Shown here one piece after another: positions 55,247 through 64,000 of a DNA stretch of 64,000 nucleotides. The DNA is from Thermoanaerobaculia bacterium (GTDB taxonomy: Bacteria > Acidobacteriota > Thermoanaerobaculia > UBA5066), in contig JBBRRY010000004.1 in assembly GCA_038245905.1 (NCBI GenBank), positions 1 to 64,000 on the forward strand. Reading direction: 5' to 3'. Positions within the stretch are counted from its first letter, which is position 1, and the number at the start of each line of letters is the position of its first letter. The notes beneath the pieces were generated by a model, which was not told the origin of the DNA, did no database searches, and saw only the letters and a program-made list of their open reading frames with translations. A program made the position numbers and the translations under genes.

Positions 55247-57292
55247 GTGTCTCTGCGTCGCCGGCTCGGTCTCGCGCTCCTCGCGCTGCTCCCGTTCCTG
55301 AACGGGCTTCCGTACGATTTCACGTACGACGACAAGCTCATCATTCGCGACAACGAGCGCATCGCAGCCCCGGAAAAAGCGGGCGAGATCTTCACGACGC
55401 AATATTTCGGCGGGGCCCTCACGTCGGCCCAGAATTACAGGCCGATCCTCCTCCTGACCTATGCCGTGCAGCACTGGATTCACGGGAACCGGCCGTGGCT
55501 CTTCCGGGTGGTGAATCTCGCGCTGCACGCGGCGGTGACGGTGTCGCTCGGCGAGTGGCTCTTCGCTCTCGGCTTCGCCGCCGGCCCCGCCTCGGCGGTG
55601 GCCGCGCTGTTCGCCGTTGCGACGATCCACGTCGAGGCGGTGACGTCCCTCGTCGGCCGCGCCGAGCTCCTCGCCTCACTGCTCGTCTTCGTCGTGGCAC
55701 GCCTCTGGGTGCGCGCGACGCGCGAAGGCCGCGTCGAGGCGTGGCCCTACTCGGCCGCGCTCGGCCTCTTCCTTCTCGCGGTGTTCGTCAAGGAGAACGC
55801 GATCGTGGCGCCGGGCGTCGTCGTCCTCGGCGAGCTTTTTCGCGGCGGACGCGGCCGATCGCCGCGGGAAACCTGGGTCGGCCTTTCCAAGGCGGCGCGC
55901 TGGGCGCTCGCGGGTTTCACCTTACCGATCGTCGTCCTCTTCGCCGTGCGTCTCGTCGTCATCAAGGGATTCCTCATTTCGAAGGAAGCGGGAATTTTCG
56001 AGCTCGAGAATCCTCTCGTCGTGCTTTCGTTCCCGCTGCGGGCCGCGAACGCCCTCGGCCTCGGTTTGCGCTACGTCGCGATGACGTTTCTGCCGATTCA
56101 CCTCTCGGCCGACCACTCCGCTTACGCCCTGCCGGTCGCGCGCTCGATGAGCGATCCCGCCGCCTGGTGGGGAATCGCCGGGACGCTGGCCGGCGCCGTC
56201 CTCGCGCTCGCGCTTTGGAGGAGTAGGCCGCTCGCCTCGCTCGGCCTCTGCCTTTTCGCCGGCGCGCTGTTTCCCGTCTCGAACGTCCCCTTCGTGATCG
56301 GCACGATCTTCGCCGAGCGTCTCGCCTACCTTCCGTCCGCCGGACTGTTTTGTCTCGCGGTAGGCCTCCTCGCCGCTCCGTTCCGGCAGGTTCCCCGGCC
56401 GGCGCTGCCGTGGCGCGAATGGCTTCTCCTCGCCGTTGTCGCCCTCAGCGGCGCGGCGACCATCTGGCGCAACCGGGTCTGGAGAGACGACCGGACGCTC
56501 TACGCCGACATGGTCGCGAAATATCCCAACTCGGCGAAGGCCCACTACAACGTGGCCTGGGACGCGCAGCGCGAGGGACGCCGGGCCGAAGCCATCCCGC
56601 ATCTGCGCGCGGCCGTCGCGATCTTCCCGTCCTACTACGACGGGTGGGCTCTGCTCGGAAAGCAGCTCTGGGACGAGAAGAAATGGGACGAGGCGATCGC
56701 GTGCTACCGCAAGTCGGTTGAGATCTTCCCAGCTTACGAGAACGGACAGTGGGGGCTCGCGAAGACGCTCGAGGAGTCCGGCAAAGTCGAAGAGGCCCGG
56801 AAGGCTTTCGACGCCGGCGCTGATCAATTCCCCGAGTCGTATCCGATCGCGTATCACCGGGCGGCCTTTCTCGACCTTCACGGCACTCTGGAAGAGGCCG
56901 AGGACGCCTGGAGCGACGCCGTCGAGAACGGCGACGGTGCCGTCTCCGCGCGCCTCGGGCACGCCCGCGTTCTACGGAAGCTCGCGCGTGAGGAGGAGGC
57001 CTGGGACGAGGCGCGCTGGGCGCTCGTGAACGACCCCGCGAACGGCGAGGCGCGCCGTTTTCTCGCGGAGGGGTACGAGCGCGCCGGCCGGATACTTGCC
57101 GGAGGCGCGGAGTGGACGCGCGCCGTGCGCGCGAATCCCGGCGATCCGGTCCTCGCGTCCGAGTTCCTCGAGTACGCGACTCGTCACCGGAATACGCGAT
57201 CCCGCGCATCGCTCCAGATGCCCGTGATTCGCCGGAACTTTCCGAAGCCCGACGAGCGCCTCGCGAGGGCGCTCGCAGCGTTCGGCGACTAG
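55247..57292 (+). CDS. TMTC-like membrane protein (GT-C/DUF1736-like + TPR)
   Basis: FTYDD, YRPI, HVEAV....GRAELL, KE, LSADHS, AERLAYLPS, RNRVW; C-terminal TPRs. Confidence 0.82.
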   Translation: MSLRRRLGLALLALLPFLNGLPYDFTYDDKLIIRDNERIAAPEKAGEIFTTQYFGGALTSAQNYRPILLLTYAVQHWIHGNRPWLFRVVNLALHAAVTVSLGEWLFALGFAAGPASAVAALFAVATIHVEAVTSLVGRAELLASLLVFVVARLWVRATREGRVEAWPYSAALGLFLLAVFVKENAIVAPGVVVLGELFRGGRGRSPRETWVGLSKAARWALAGFTLPIVVLFAVRLVVIKGFLISKEAGIFELENPLVVLSFPLRAANALGLGLRYVAMTFLPIHLSADHSAYALPVARSMSDPAAWWGIAGTLAGAVLALALWRSRPLASLGLCLFAGALFPVSNVPFVIGTIFAERLAYLPSAGLFCLAVGLLAAPFRQVPRPALPWREWLLLAVVALSGAATIWRNRVWRDDRTLYADMVAKYPNSAKAHYNVAWDAQREGRRAEAIPHLRAAVAIFPSYYDGWALLGKQLWDEKKWDEAIACYRKSVEIFPAYENGQWGLAKTLEESGKVEEARKAFDAGADQFPESYPIAYHRAAFLDLHGTLEEAEDAWSDAVENGDGAVSARLGHARVLRKLAREEEAWDEARWALVNDPANGEARRFLAEGYERAGRILAGGAEWTRAVRANPGDPVLASEFLEYATRHRNTRSRASLQMPVIRRNFPKPDERLARALAAFGD

Positions 57293-57816
57293 ACCGGCGG
57301 GGGGCTCTCCTCGGCGTGCGCGGCCTCTCCCCGGTCGCTTTCCGTCAGGAGGACGGCGGCGAGCTTCGCCCGGTGGCGCCGGATGAGGTTCACGAGGACC
57401 ACGTACGTGAGCGCGCCGGCGATCACCGAGAGAAAAAGCATTCCGACCGCCATCTGGACGCCGATGGCCTTCATCGTGGGCCCGGCAGCCGTCCAGAACG
57501 AACGCCGGAACATCTCGTGCCATGGCAGGTGGGCGACGGCCTCGCGCCGGGCACGCAGGAGGATGCGTCCGATGGGGATGGCGGCGGCCGCGACCGGAGG
57601 CAGCGTCAGCGGATTCACGACGAGCGTCCCGAGGAGGACGTCCACCTTGTTGAGCTTCAGGATGAAGGCGAGGAGAAGCGCGATGACCCAGTGAAGGCCG
57701 AGAAGCGGCGTGAAGGAGATCGCGACGCCGATCGCGAAAGACGCCGCGACCGTCTCGGGGGGCGAGTCGCTCCCGAGCATGTGAAGGAACCGGTGCTTGA
57801 AGCCCTCACTGTTCAA
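57289..57816 (-). CDS. DUF2062-like membrane protein
   Basis: SPPETVAASFAIGV.ISFTP.LGLH, LNK, NPLT.PP. Confidence 0.8.
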   Translation of the reverse strand: MNSEGFKHRFLHMLGSDSPPETVAASFAIGVAISFTPLLGLHWVIALLLAFILKLNKVDVLLGTLVVNPLTLPPVAAAAIPIGRILLRARREAVAHLPWHEMFRRSFWTAAGPTMKAIGVQMAVGMLFLSVIAGALTYVVLVNLIRRHRAKLAAVLLTESDRGEAAHAEESPPPV

Positions 57817-58837
57817 AGTGGTCGAAGCCCGCGTCCGGAAGGGGCGTGCGCTTTCCACCCCGCACGAGGCGGACGCCGGCGCCGTCGTCGATGGTGCCGA
57901 TCCGCCGGAGGGCGAACCGGCCCGTGAGAGCGTCGATCGCGGCTTGTTTGCGCCGCGGCACCGTGAAGAGCAGCCCGAAGTCCTCGCCGCCGTAGAGAGC
58001 CGTGGCAAGCGGATCCATCCGGAGCACGCCGGCGAGATTGGACAGGGCGGAGTCGGCCGGCAAAAGAGAGGCCTCGACGGTCGCGCCCACGTCCGACGCG
58101 CGGCAGATGCGATAGAGATCGCGCGCGAGACCGTCGGAGACGTCGATGGCCGCCGAGGCGAGCCCCGCGGCGGCGAGCGCGGCGCCGAGCTCTAGCTGCG
58201 GGCGCGGATCGACCTGATGGCGGATGAGCCGCGCCTTCTCGGGCGCGCGCGGCGCCGGGACGCGCCGCCCCTTCGGGTCGAGAACGTCCTTCTCCGCGGA
58301 AAGACGGTAGCCGGCTTCGAGCAGCCGCAGACCCGCGGCCGCGGCGCCGAGCGTTCCGGAGACGTAGAGAGCGTCTCCCGGTTCGGCGCCGGAACGAAGA
58401 AGCGGTTTCTCCGGTGCCTGCCCCATGACCGTCACGGAGACGAAGATCTTCTCGGACGCGGAAAGGTCTCCGCCCACGATGGCGACGCCGTGGTCGGCGG
58501 CGGCTTCGCGTACGCCCTCCGTGAGGGCGTCGAGCCACTCGGGACGCGTCTTTTTCGGGAGGCCGAGGGCGAGGACGGCCCACAGGGGCGTCGCCCCCAT
58601 CGCGGCGAGGTCGGAGAGGTTCACGTTGAGAGCCTTGCGGCCCAATCGACGCGGATCGGAATCGCGCCGGAAGTCGTGATCCTCGAGGAGGACGTCGGTC
58701 GTCACCGCGAGGCGCGCCGGCGCGGCCAGGATCGCGGCGTCGTCGCCGATGCCCGTCTTCACGTCGCGCCGGCGGGTCGCAAATGCCGCGGCGAGTCGCT
58801 GGACGATCGCGTCCTCCGGTGGGAGACCCGCTTTCAT
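57806..58837 (-). CDS. thiL: Thiamine-monophosphate kinase
   Basis: [49 protein letters not shown]. Confidence 0.93.
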   Translation of the reverse strand: MKAGLPPEDAIVQRLAAAFATRRRDVKTGIGDDAAILAAPARLAVTTDVLLEDHDFRRDSDPRRLGRKALNVNLSDLAAMGATPLWAVLALGLPKKTRPEWLDALTEGVREAAADHGVAIVGGDLSASEKIFVSVTVMGQAPEKPLLRSGAEPGDALYVSGTLGAAAAGLRLLEAGYRLSAEKDVLDPKGRRVPAPRAPEKARLIRHQVDPRPQLELGAALAAAGLASAAIDVSDGLARDLYRICRASDVGATVEASLLPADSALSNLAGVLRMDPLATALYGGEDFGLLFTVPRRKQAAIDALTGRFALRRIGTIDDGAGVRLVRGGKRTPLPDAGFDHFEQ

Positions 58838-61233
58838 GCGATCTTCTTCCCCTTTGCGCGGGTCCTCGCGGGCTTCGAAGTGGGGGCGGGGCCGAGCGCG
58901 GCCTTCAGGACGTCGTCGACGCGCGCCGCCTGGACGAACGTGAGGTCCCGCCTCAGCTCCTTCGGAATCTCGGACAGGTCGCGGACGTTCGCCTTCGGGA
59001 TTACGACGACGCGTATTCCGGCGCGCCGGGCCGCGAGGACCTTTTCCTTGAGGCCGCCGATCGGCAGAACGTCTCCGCGAAGCGTGATTTCGCCGGTCAT
59101 GGCCACGTCGCGGCGCACCGGGCGGTTCCCGAACGCCGAGATCATGGCCGTAGCCATGGTGACGCCTGCCGACGGTCCGTCCTTCGGGATCGCGCCTTCG
59201 GGCACGTGCACGTGGATGTCGTGCGTCTCGAAGTAGTCGTCCGCGAGCCCGAAGCGGTCCGCGCGCGAACGGGCGAACGTGAGGGCGGCCTGGGCGGACT
59301 CCTTCATGACGTCCCCGAGCTGGCCCGTGAGCTGGAGCTTGCCCTTGCCGCGCACGGCGCGCGCCTCGACGATCAGGACGTCGCCGCCGACGGCCGTCCA
59401 CGCGAGGCCCGTCGCCGTCCCGACCTGGTCGGTCCTGAGGGCCTCGTCGCGCGTGAACCTCGGATTGCCGAGGAAGAGGCGGACTTCCCGTGGCGTCACC
59501 GCGACGCGTTTCTTGCGGCCGGAGGCCCAACGCACCGCCACCTTGCGGCAGCACGAGCCGATCTCCCGTTCGAAGCTGCGGAGCCCCGCTTCGCGGGTGT
59601 GCCCTTCCACGATCGCCCGGAGGCCCGCGTCGGTAAACGTTACGGCCGCGGGCGGAAGGCCGTTTTCCTTCAGCTGCTTCGGAATCGTGTGCGCCTTCGC
59701 GATCGCGAGCTTCTCCTCCAGCGTGTAGCCCGAGAGGCGGATGACTTCCATGCGATCGAGGAAGGCGGGCTGGATCGTGTCGAGGACGTTCGCCGTGGTG
59801 ATGAAGAGGACCTTCGAGAGGTCGTAGTTCACGCCGAGGTAGTGGTCGCGAAACGTCTTGTTCTGCTCGGGGTCGAGCACCTCGAGGAGCGCCGAGGAGG
59901 GGTCGCCGCGGAAGTCGGCGCCGATCTTGTCGACCTCGTCGAGGATGAAGACGGGGTTCGACGTGCCCGCCTGCGAAAGGCCCTGCACGATGCGCCCCGG
60001 CATGGCGCCCACGTAGGTGCGCCGGTGGCCCCGGATCTCGGCTTCGTCGCGCACGCCACCTAGCGACAGGCGCAGGAACTTGCGGTCGAGGGCGCGCGCG
60101 ATCGAGCGTCCCAACGACGTCTTCCCGACGCCGGGCGGCCCGACGAAGCAGAGGATCGGGCCCTTCGAATCCGGCGCGAGCTTCCGCACCGCGAGAAACT
60201 CGATGATGCGCGTCTTGATCTTGTCGAGATCGTAGTGGTCCTCGTCGAGGATTTTTCGCGCGCGCGGGAGGTCGAGCGTGTCCTTGGAGACGGTTCCCCA
60301 CGGCAGGTTCGCGAGCCAGTCGAGGTACGTGCGCAGCATCGCGTTCTCGGCGGAATCGGGGTTGCCCCGCTCCAGCCGCTTGACCTGTTTCTCGATCTCC
60401 AGCGCCGCTTCCTCCGGGATCTGCTTTTCCGTGATCTTCTTGCGATAGGCGGCGATCTCCTCGGAGATGTCTTCCGTCTCGCCGAGCTCCTGCTGAATCG
60501 CCTTGAGCTGCTGCCTCAGGAAGTACTCGCGCTGGTTCTTGTCGATCTCTCCCTTCGCCGCGCCGGTGATCTCCTGCTGGACGGTCAGGACGCGGACCTC
60601 GCGCCGCAGGATCTCGAGCACCGTGCGCACGCGCTCGAGCGTGGGGATCGTCTCGAGGATTTTCTGGGACTCCTCGATCTTGAGCTCCAGGTTCGAAGCG
60701 GCGAGGTCCGCGAGACGCGCCGGATCGTCAAGACCGGCTGCCACGACCATGACCTCCGGCGAGATCGACTTTCCCAGCGTGACCGTCTTCTCCAGCGCCT
60801 CTTTCACGCTGCGGGTGAGCGCCTCGATCTCCTCCGAGTGGGGCGCCTTCTCATCGGGTTCGGCGATGCGCGTGACCTTCGCGCGCAGAGAGGGCGACTC
60901 GGCGAGAAACGAGTCGATTCTCACGCGCGCGAGGCCCTGCACGAGAAGCCGGATGCGGCCGTCGGGCAGCTTGAGCATGCGCATGACGGCGGCGGCCGTC
61001 CCGATCGTGTAGAGGTCCTCCGGCTTCGGTTCTTCGACGGAGGAGTCCCGCTGGGCGACGAGAAGGAGCACGCGCTGCTCGGCGAGCGCCGCGTCGACGG
61101 CGGAGATCGATTTTTCCCGGGAGACCGACAGCGGCACGATCACATACGGAAAGAGGACGACGTCCTTCAGCGGGAGGACCGGAAGGATGTCGGGGATGAC
61201 GACCTTTTCTGCGGGAGGAGCTTCCGCGCTCAT
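58834..61233 (-). CDS. lon: Lon protease
   Basis: [55 protein letters not shown]. Confidence 0.97.
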   Translation of the reverse strand: MSAEAPPAEKVVIPDILPVLPLKDVVLFPYVIVPLSVSREKSISAVDAALAEQRVLLLVAQRDSSVEEPKPEDLYTIGTAAAVMRMLKLPDGRIRLLVQGLARVRIDSFLAESPSLRAKVTRIAEPDEKAPHSEEIEALTRSVKEALEKTVTLGKSISPEVMVVAAGLDDPARLADLAASNLELKIEESQKILETIPTLERVRTVLEILRREVRVLTVQQEITGAAKGEIDKNQREYFLRQQLKAIQQELGETEDISEEIAAYRKKITEKQIPEEAALEIEKQVKRLERGNPDSAENAMLRTYLDWLANLPWGTVSKDTLDLPRARKILDEDHYDLDKIKTRIIEFLAVRKLAPDSKGPILCFVGPPGVGKTSLGRSIARALDRKFLRLSLGGVRDEAEIRGHRRTYVGAMPGRIVQGLSQAGTSNPVFILDEVDKIGADFRGDPSSALLEVLDPEQNKTFRDHYLGVNYDLSKVLFITTANVLDTIQPAFLDRMEVIRLSGYTLEEKLAIAKAHTIPKQLKENGLPPAAVTFTDAGLRAIVEGHTREAGLRSFEREIGSCCRKVAVRWASGRKKRVAVTPREVRLFLGNPRFTRDEALRTDQVGTATGLAWTAVGGDVLIVEARAVRGKGKLQLTGQLGDVMKESAQAALTFARSRADRFGLADDYFETHDIHVHVPEGAIPKDGPSAGVTMATAMISAFGNRPVRRDVAMTGEITLRGDVLPIGGLKEKVLAARRAGIRVVVIPKANVRDLSEIPKELRRDLTFVQAARVDDVLKAALGPAPTSKPARTRAKGKKIA

Positions 61234-61634
61234 GCGCCCTTCTTCCCCTTGACGACGGGGATCGAACGGCCGCCGGGCGTCGCTCTCTTCTTCGGCACGT
61301 CGAGGATGAGTAGGCCGTCCGTGTAGGTCGCGCGCGTGTGTTCCGGGTCGGGGTCCTCCGGGAGCTCGAGGGAGCGCTCGAAGGCACCCGCCGCGCGCTC
61401 GACTCGGAGGAAAAGGCCATCCGCGCGGTCCGTCGCGCGGCGGAGGCCCCGGAGCGTGAGGACGCGGCCCTGGATGTTCACCGCGATCTGGTCGGGGTCG
61501 GCGCCCGGGACCTCGAACACGAGCCGCCAGCCGTTCGCGTCCTCGACGACGTCCACGGGCGGCATGCGGCGGTCGGATCGCAGGGAGGTCTCTTCGCCGA
61601 ACAGGAACGCGACGGGACGCTCGCGCTTCTTCAC
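61230..61634 (-). CDS. Hsp20/alpha-crystallin family protein
   Basis: PPVDVVE, EVPG, LTLRG.R, ERAAGAFERSLELP, A.Y.DGLL..VPK; directly upstream of lon. Confidence 0.9.
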   Translation of the reverse strand: MKKRERPVAFLFGEETSLRSDRRMPPVDVVEDANGWRLVFEVPGADPDQIAVNIQGRVLTLRGLRRATDRADGLFLRVERAAGAFERSLELPEDPDPEHTRATYTDGLLILDVPKKRATPGGRSIPVVKGKKGA

Positions 61635-62107
61635 TTCGATCTCCCCGCCCCGGGCACGCGGCCGAGGAGCGCCTTGAGCTCGTCCACGAAATCTCCGAGA
61701 TCTTCGAACCGGCGATAGACGGACGCGAAGCGAACGTAGGCGACCTGATCGAGCTCCTTGAGCTTCTCCATGACCTGCGCGCCGAGCTCGACGGTCGTCA
61801 TCTCGCGGGGCTCACGCGCCGAGAGCGCGGCTTCGATCTCGTCGCAAATTGCCTCGAGCGTCTTCGTCTCGACGGGCCGCTTCTCGCATGCCTTCATGAG
61901 GCCCCGGAGGAGCTTGTTACGGTCGAACGGCTCGCGTCGGCCGTCTTTCTTCACGACGAGGAGCGGGATGTCCTCGACGGTCTCGTAGGACGTGAAACGG
62001 CGCTGGCAGGCATTGCATTCCCGCCGCCGGCGAATGACCGCCCCTTCGCGGCTTTCGCGCGAGTCGACGACCCGGTCGTCGCCCACACCGCAATAAGGGC
62101 AGCGCAT
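61631..62107 (-). CDS. nrdR: Ribonucleotide reductase repressor
   Basis: MRCPYC...VVDSR...IRRRREC..C..RFTSYE, ATP cone, VAYVRFASVYR. Confidence 0.97.
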   Translation of the reverse strand: MRCPYCGVGDDRVVDSRESREGAVIRRRRECNACQRRFTSYETVEDIPLLVVKKDGRREPFDRNKLLRGLMKACEKRPVETKTLEAICDEIEAALSAREPREMTTVELGAQVMEKLKELDQVAYVRFASVYRRFEDLGDFVDELKALLGRVPGAGRSK

Positions 62108-62131
62108 GGCGGGAGCCTAGCAGGACCGGGG

Positions 62132-62737
62132 TCAGTTGCGCCCGAACGGGAACGGAATCACGTCGCCGTCACCGGGCGTCTGGGGCTGCTCCACGGCGGC
62201 GGGACGGTCCGCGCGCGCGCCGCGCCGGACCTCGAGAATGAGGTCGCACAGCTCGCGGACCGCACCGGCGCCTCCGGGCTTCGTCAATTGAAGAGCCGCG
62301 GCCTCCCGCACGATCTGAACGGCGTCGGAGGGCGCCGCGCCGACGCCCGCGCGCCGTAGGATGCCGAGGTCCGGCAGGTCGTCTCCGACGGCCACGATCT
62401 CGAACGCGTCGAGCGACCAGCGCTTCGCGAGGGAATCGAACGCGGCCACCTTGTCACGCTCGCCCTGCAAGACATTCTCCTCGGGAATCTTCAGCTCGGC
62501 GCAACGGTGAGCGACGACCCTCGACGTGCGGCTCGAGATGATGCCCAGCTTGTAGCCAAGGTCGCGCAGGAGCACGAGGCCGAGGCCGTCCTTCACGTCG
62601 AACGTCTTCCACTCGCGCCCGTTCTCGTCGAACGTGATCGAGCCGTCGGTCAGGACGCCGTCCACGTCGAGAACGATCCCGCGGATGCGCGAGAGCTTGG
62701 TTCGGAGGTCGTCGGGGACGATCGGGTTCGCGGGCAT
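62132..62737 (-). CDS. kdsC: KDO-8-phosphate phosphatase (HAD)
   Basis: LDVDGVLTDG, FDVKDGLG, GDDLPD, GGAGAVRE.CDLIL. Confidence 0.9.
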   Translation of the reverse strand: MPANPIVPDDLRTKLSRIRGIVLDVDGVLTDGSITFDENGREWKTFDVKDGLGLVLLRDLGYKLGIISSRTSRVVAHRCAELKIPEENVLQGERDKVAAFDSLAKRWSLDAFEIVAVGDDLPDLGILRRAGVGAAPSDAVQIVREAAALQLTKPGGAGAVRELCDLILEVRRGARADRPAAVEQPQTPGDGDVIPFPFGRN

Positions 62738-62766
62738 GTGTGCGGGAGATTATGCGCCGCGGGCCC

Positions 62767-63744
62767 CTAAATCGATTCGATTCCCCAGAGGTCGTGCAGG
62801 TGCAGGATGCCGGAGGGCCTTCCGTCGGCGTCGAGCACGAACAGCGACGTGATTTTCTGCTCCTCCATGAGCCGAAGCGCCTCGGCCGCGTAAGCGGCGG
62901 CGACGATCGACTTCGGAGCGCGGCCCATCGCGTCGGCGGCCGTGTCGCTCATGATCTTCGGCCCGTCCCGCTCGAGGAGGCGGCGAATGTCGCCGTCCGA
63001 CACGACCCCCACGAGCCGTCCGGACGCATTCGTGACGCCCGTGATGCCGAGGCGCTTGCGCGACATCTCGTACACGACGTCCTTCATGGCCGCGGACTCG
63101 GGCACGAGGGGGATGGCCTCTCCCGTGTGCATGAGGTCGGCCACCTTCCGGAAGCGTTTCCCCAATTTCCCTCCGGGGTGCAGCGCCGCGAAGTCCTCGG
63201 GCTGGAAGCCCTTCTCGACCGAGAGCGCCATTGCCAGCGCGTCGCCCATCACGAGCTGGGCCGTCGTGGAGGCCGTGGGCGCGAGGTTCAGCGGGCAGGC
63301 TTCCTCGCGGATGACGACCGGGACGACGACGTCCGCGCCCTTTCCGAGCGTCGAATCTCTCCGCCCGGTCATGGCGACGAGCGTCGCCCCGCGCCGCTTC
63401 ACGTGGGGGATCAGCGCGACCACTTCGGCGGCTTCGCCCGAATGCGAGAGCGCAAGCACGACGTCGCCCTTCAGGATCATCCCGAGATCGCCGTGAATGG
63501 CTTCTGACGGGTGGAGAAAAAAGGCCGCGGTCCCCGTCGAAGCCAGAGTCGCGGCGATCTTCTGTCCCACGATCCCGCTCTTGCCGATTCCCGTGACGAC
63601 AACGCGGCACGACGTGACGGACGTCGCCTTCATGGCCTCGACGGCCCGGTCGAAACCCTCGTCGAGCCCGTCGGCGAGGCCGCGAACGGCCTCGGCCTCG
63701 GTCTCGATCACGCGGCGGGCTTCCCGGCGGGCGGACGTGGTCAC
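62767..63744 (-). CDS. kdsD: Arabinose-5-phosphate isomerase (KpsF/GutQ family)
   Basis: TGIGKSG, ASTGT, HPSEAIHGDLG, EACPLNLAPTAST, HPGGKLG, two CBS domains. Confidence 0.93.
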   Translation of the reverse strand: MTTSARREARRVIETEAEAVRGLADGLDEGFDRAVEAMKATSVTSCRVVVTGIGKSGIVGQKIAATLASTGTAAFFLHPSEAIHGDLGMILKGDVVLALSHSGEAAEVVALIPHVKRRGATLVAMTGRRDSTLGKGADVVVPVVIREEACPLNLAPTASTTAQLVMGDALAMALSVEKGFQPEDFAALHPGGKLGKRFRKVADLMHTGEAIPLVPESAAMKDVVYEMSRKRLGITGVTNASGRLVGVVSDGDIRRLLERDGPKIMSDTAADAMGRAPKSIVAAAYAAEALRLMEEQKITSLFVLDADGRPSGILHLHDLWGIESI

Positions 63745-63756
63745 GGAAGGTCGATC

Positions 63757-63999
63757 TTACTTGCTCCGGCCGAGAAGCACCGTCTGCGCTCCCGTCGCCG
63801 GGTCGATGCGAACGAGGCGGCGCTCGGCATCGAGGAACAAACACGACGAGGGCAGGCCAGCCTCTGCGGGCTGCAGGACGGGAGAGAACCATGACGAGAA
63901 GCGGTCCGCGGGGACGAGACCGTCGGGACCTGCTGAAACCGCTCCCGTTCCAGTGTCTACGAACACGATCTTCCACGCAGACCGCGAGCGTTCGTCATT
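63757..63999 (-). CDS. 3' end of a hypothetical protein (enters from the right window edge)
   Basis: Open frame from the window end to TAA at 63757, just upstream of kdsD; beta-propeller-like strands (LVRIDPATG). Confidence 0.5.
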   Translation of the reverse strand, partial: NDERSRSAWKIVFVDTGTGAVSAGPDGLVPADRFSSWFSPVLQPAEAGLPSSCLFLDAERRLVRIDPATGAQTVLLGRSK

Positions 64000-64000
64000 G

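Noticed and set aside
57806-60301. Apparent 831-aa ThiL and other N-terminally extended ORFs (ModC 413 aa, CysA 838 aa, HpnK 487 aa, MTase 704 aa)
   Set aside because: The extensions are off-frame read-through of the upstream gene. True starts lie at the stop/start overlaps.
1-64000. tRNA, rRNA, prophage or anti-phage defence genes
   Set aside because: None recognised. Intergenic spaces are too short and the proteins fit metabolic, envelope or housekeeping families.

Overview
High-GC (roughly 70% by eye) bacterial chromosomal window. Gene content (LPS genes lpxH/kdsC/kdsD, many GT-C/TPR membrane proteins, hsp20-lon, a giant sigma54 activator) suggests a diderm such as Acidobacteriota/Thermoanaerobaculia, but that assignment is inference. 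About 50 CDSs: glycogen-debranching/GH63 pair; sulfate ABC system with a fused cysT-cysW and a divergent Cys-less Rrf2 regulator; an apbE-porin-FMN-binding-cytochrome b-like operon behind a Fur-like palindrome; modE-modABC with a ModE box; KimA-like K+ permease with kdpDE; lpdA; chrA; a probable exported selenoprotein (UxxC redoxin fused to a CxxC DUF1223-like domain, with a SECIS-like hairpin); S53 and S8 proteases; a membrane-anchored AraC regulator; a long envelope-glycosylation region; and housekeeping genes (rpiB, aroA, thiL, lon, nrdR, kdsC, kdsD). No rRNA, tRNA, CRISPR array, transposase or integrase was recognised. The most unusual non-gene signal is a dispersed AT-rich motif (about CMTTCDAAGAAA(A)TCT) with purine/pyrimidine tracts. 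It sits inside unrelated coding sequences, usually as pairs about 85-110 bp apart. Many genes also look leaderless, and three appear to start at near-cognate codons. All family calls come from motif recognition by eye, not from database searches.
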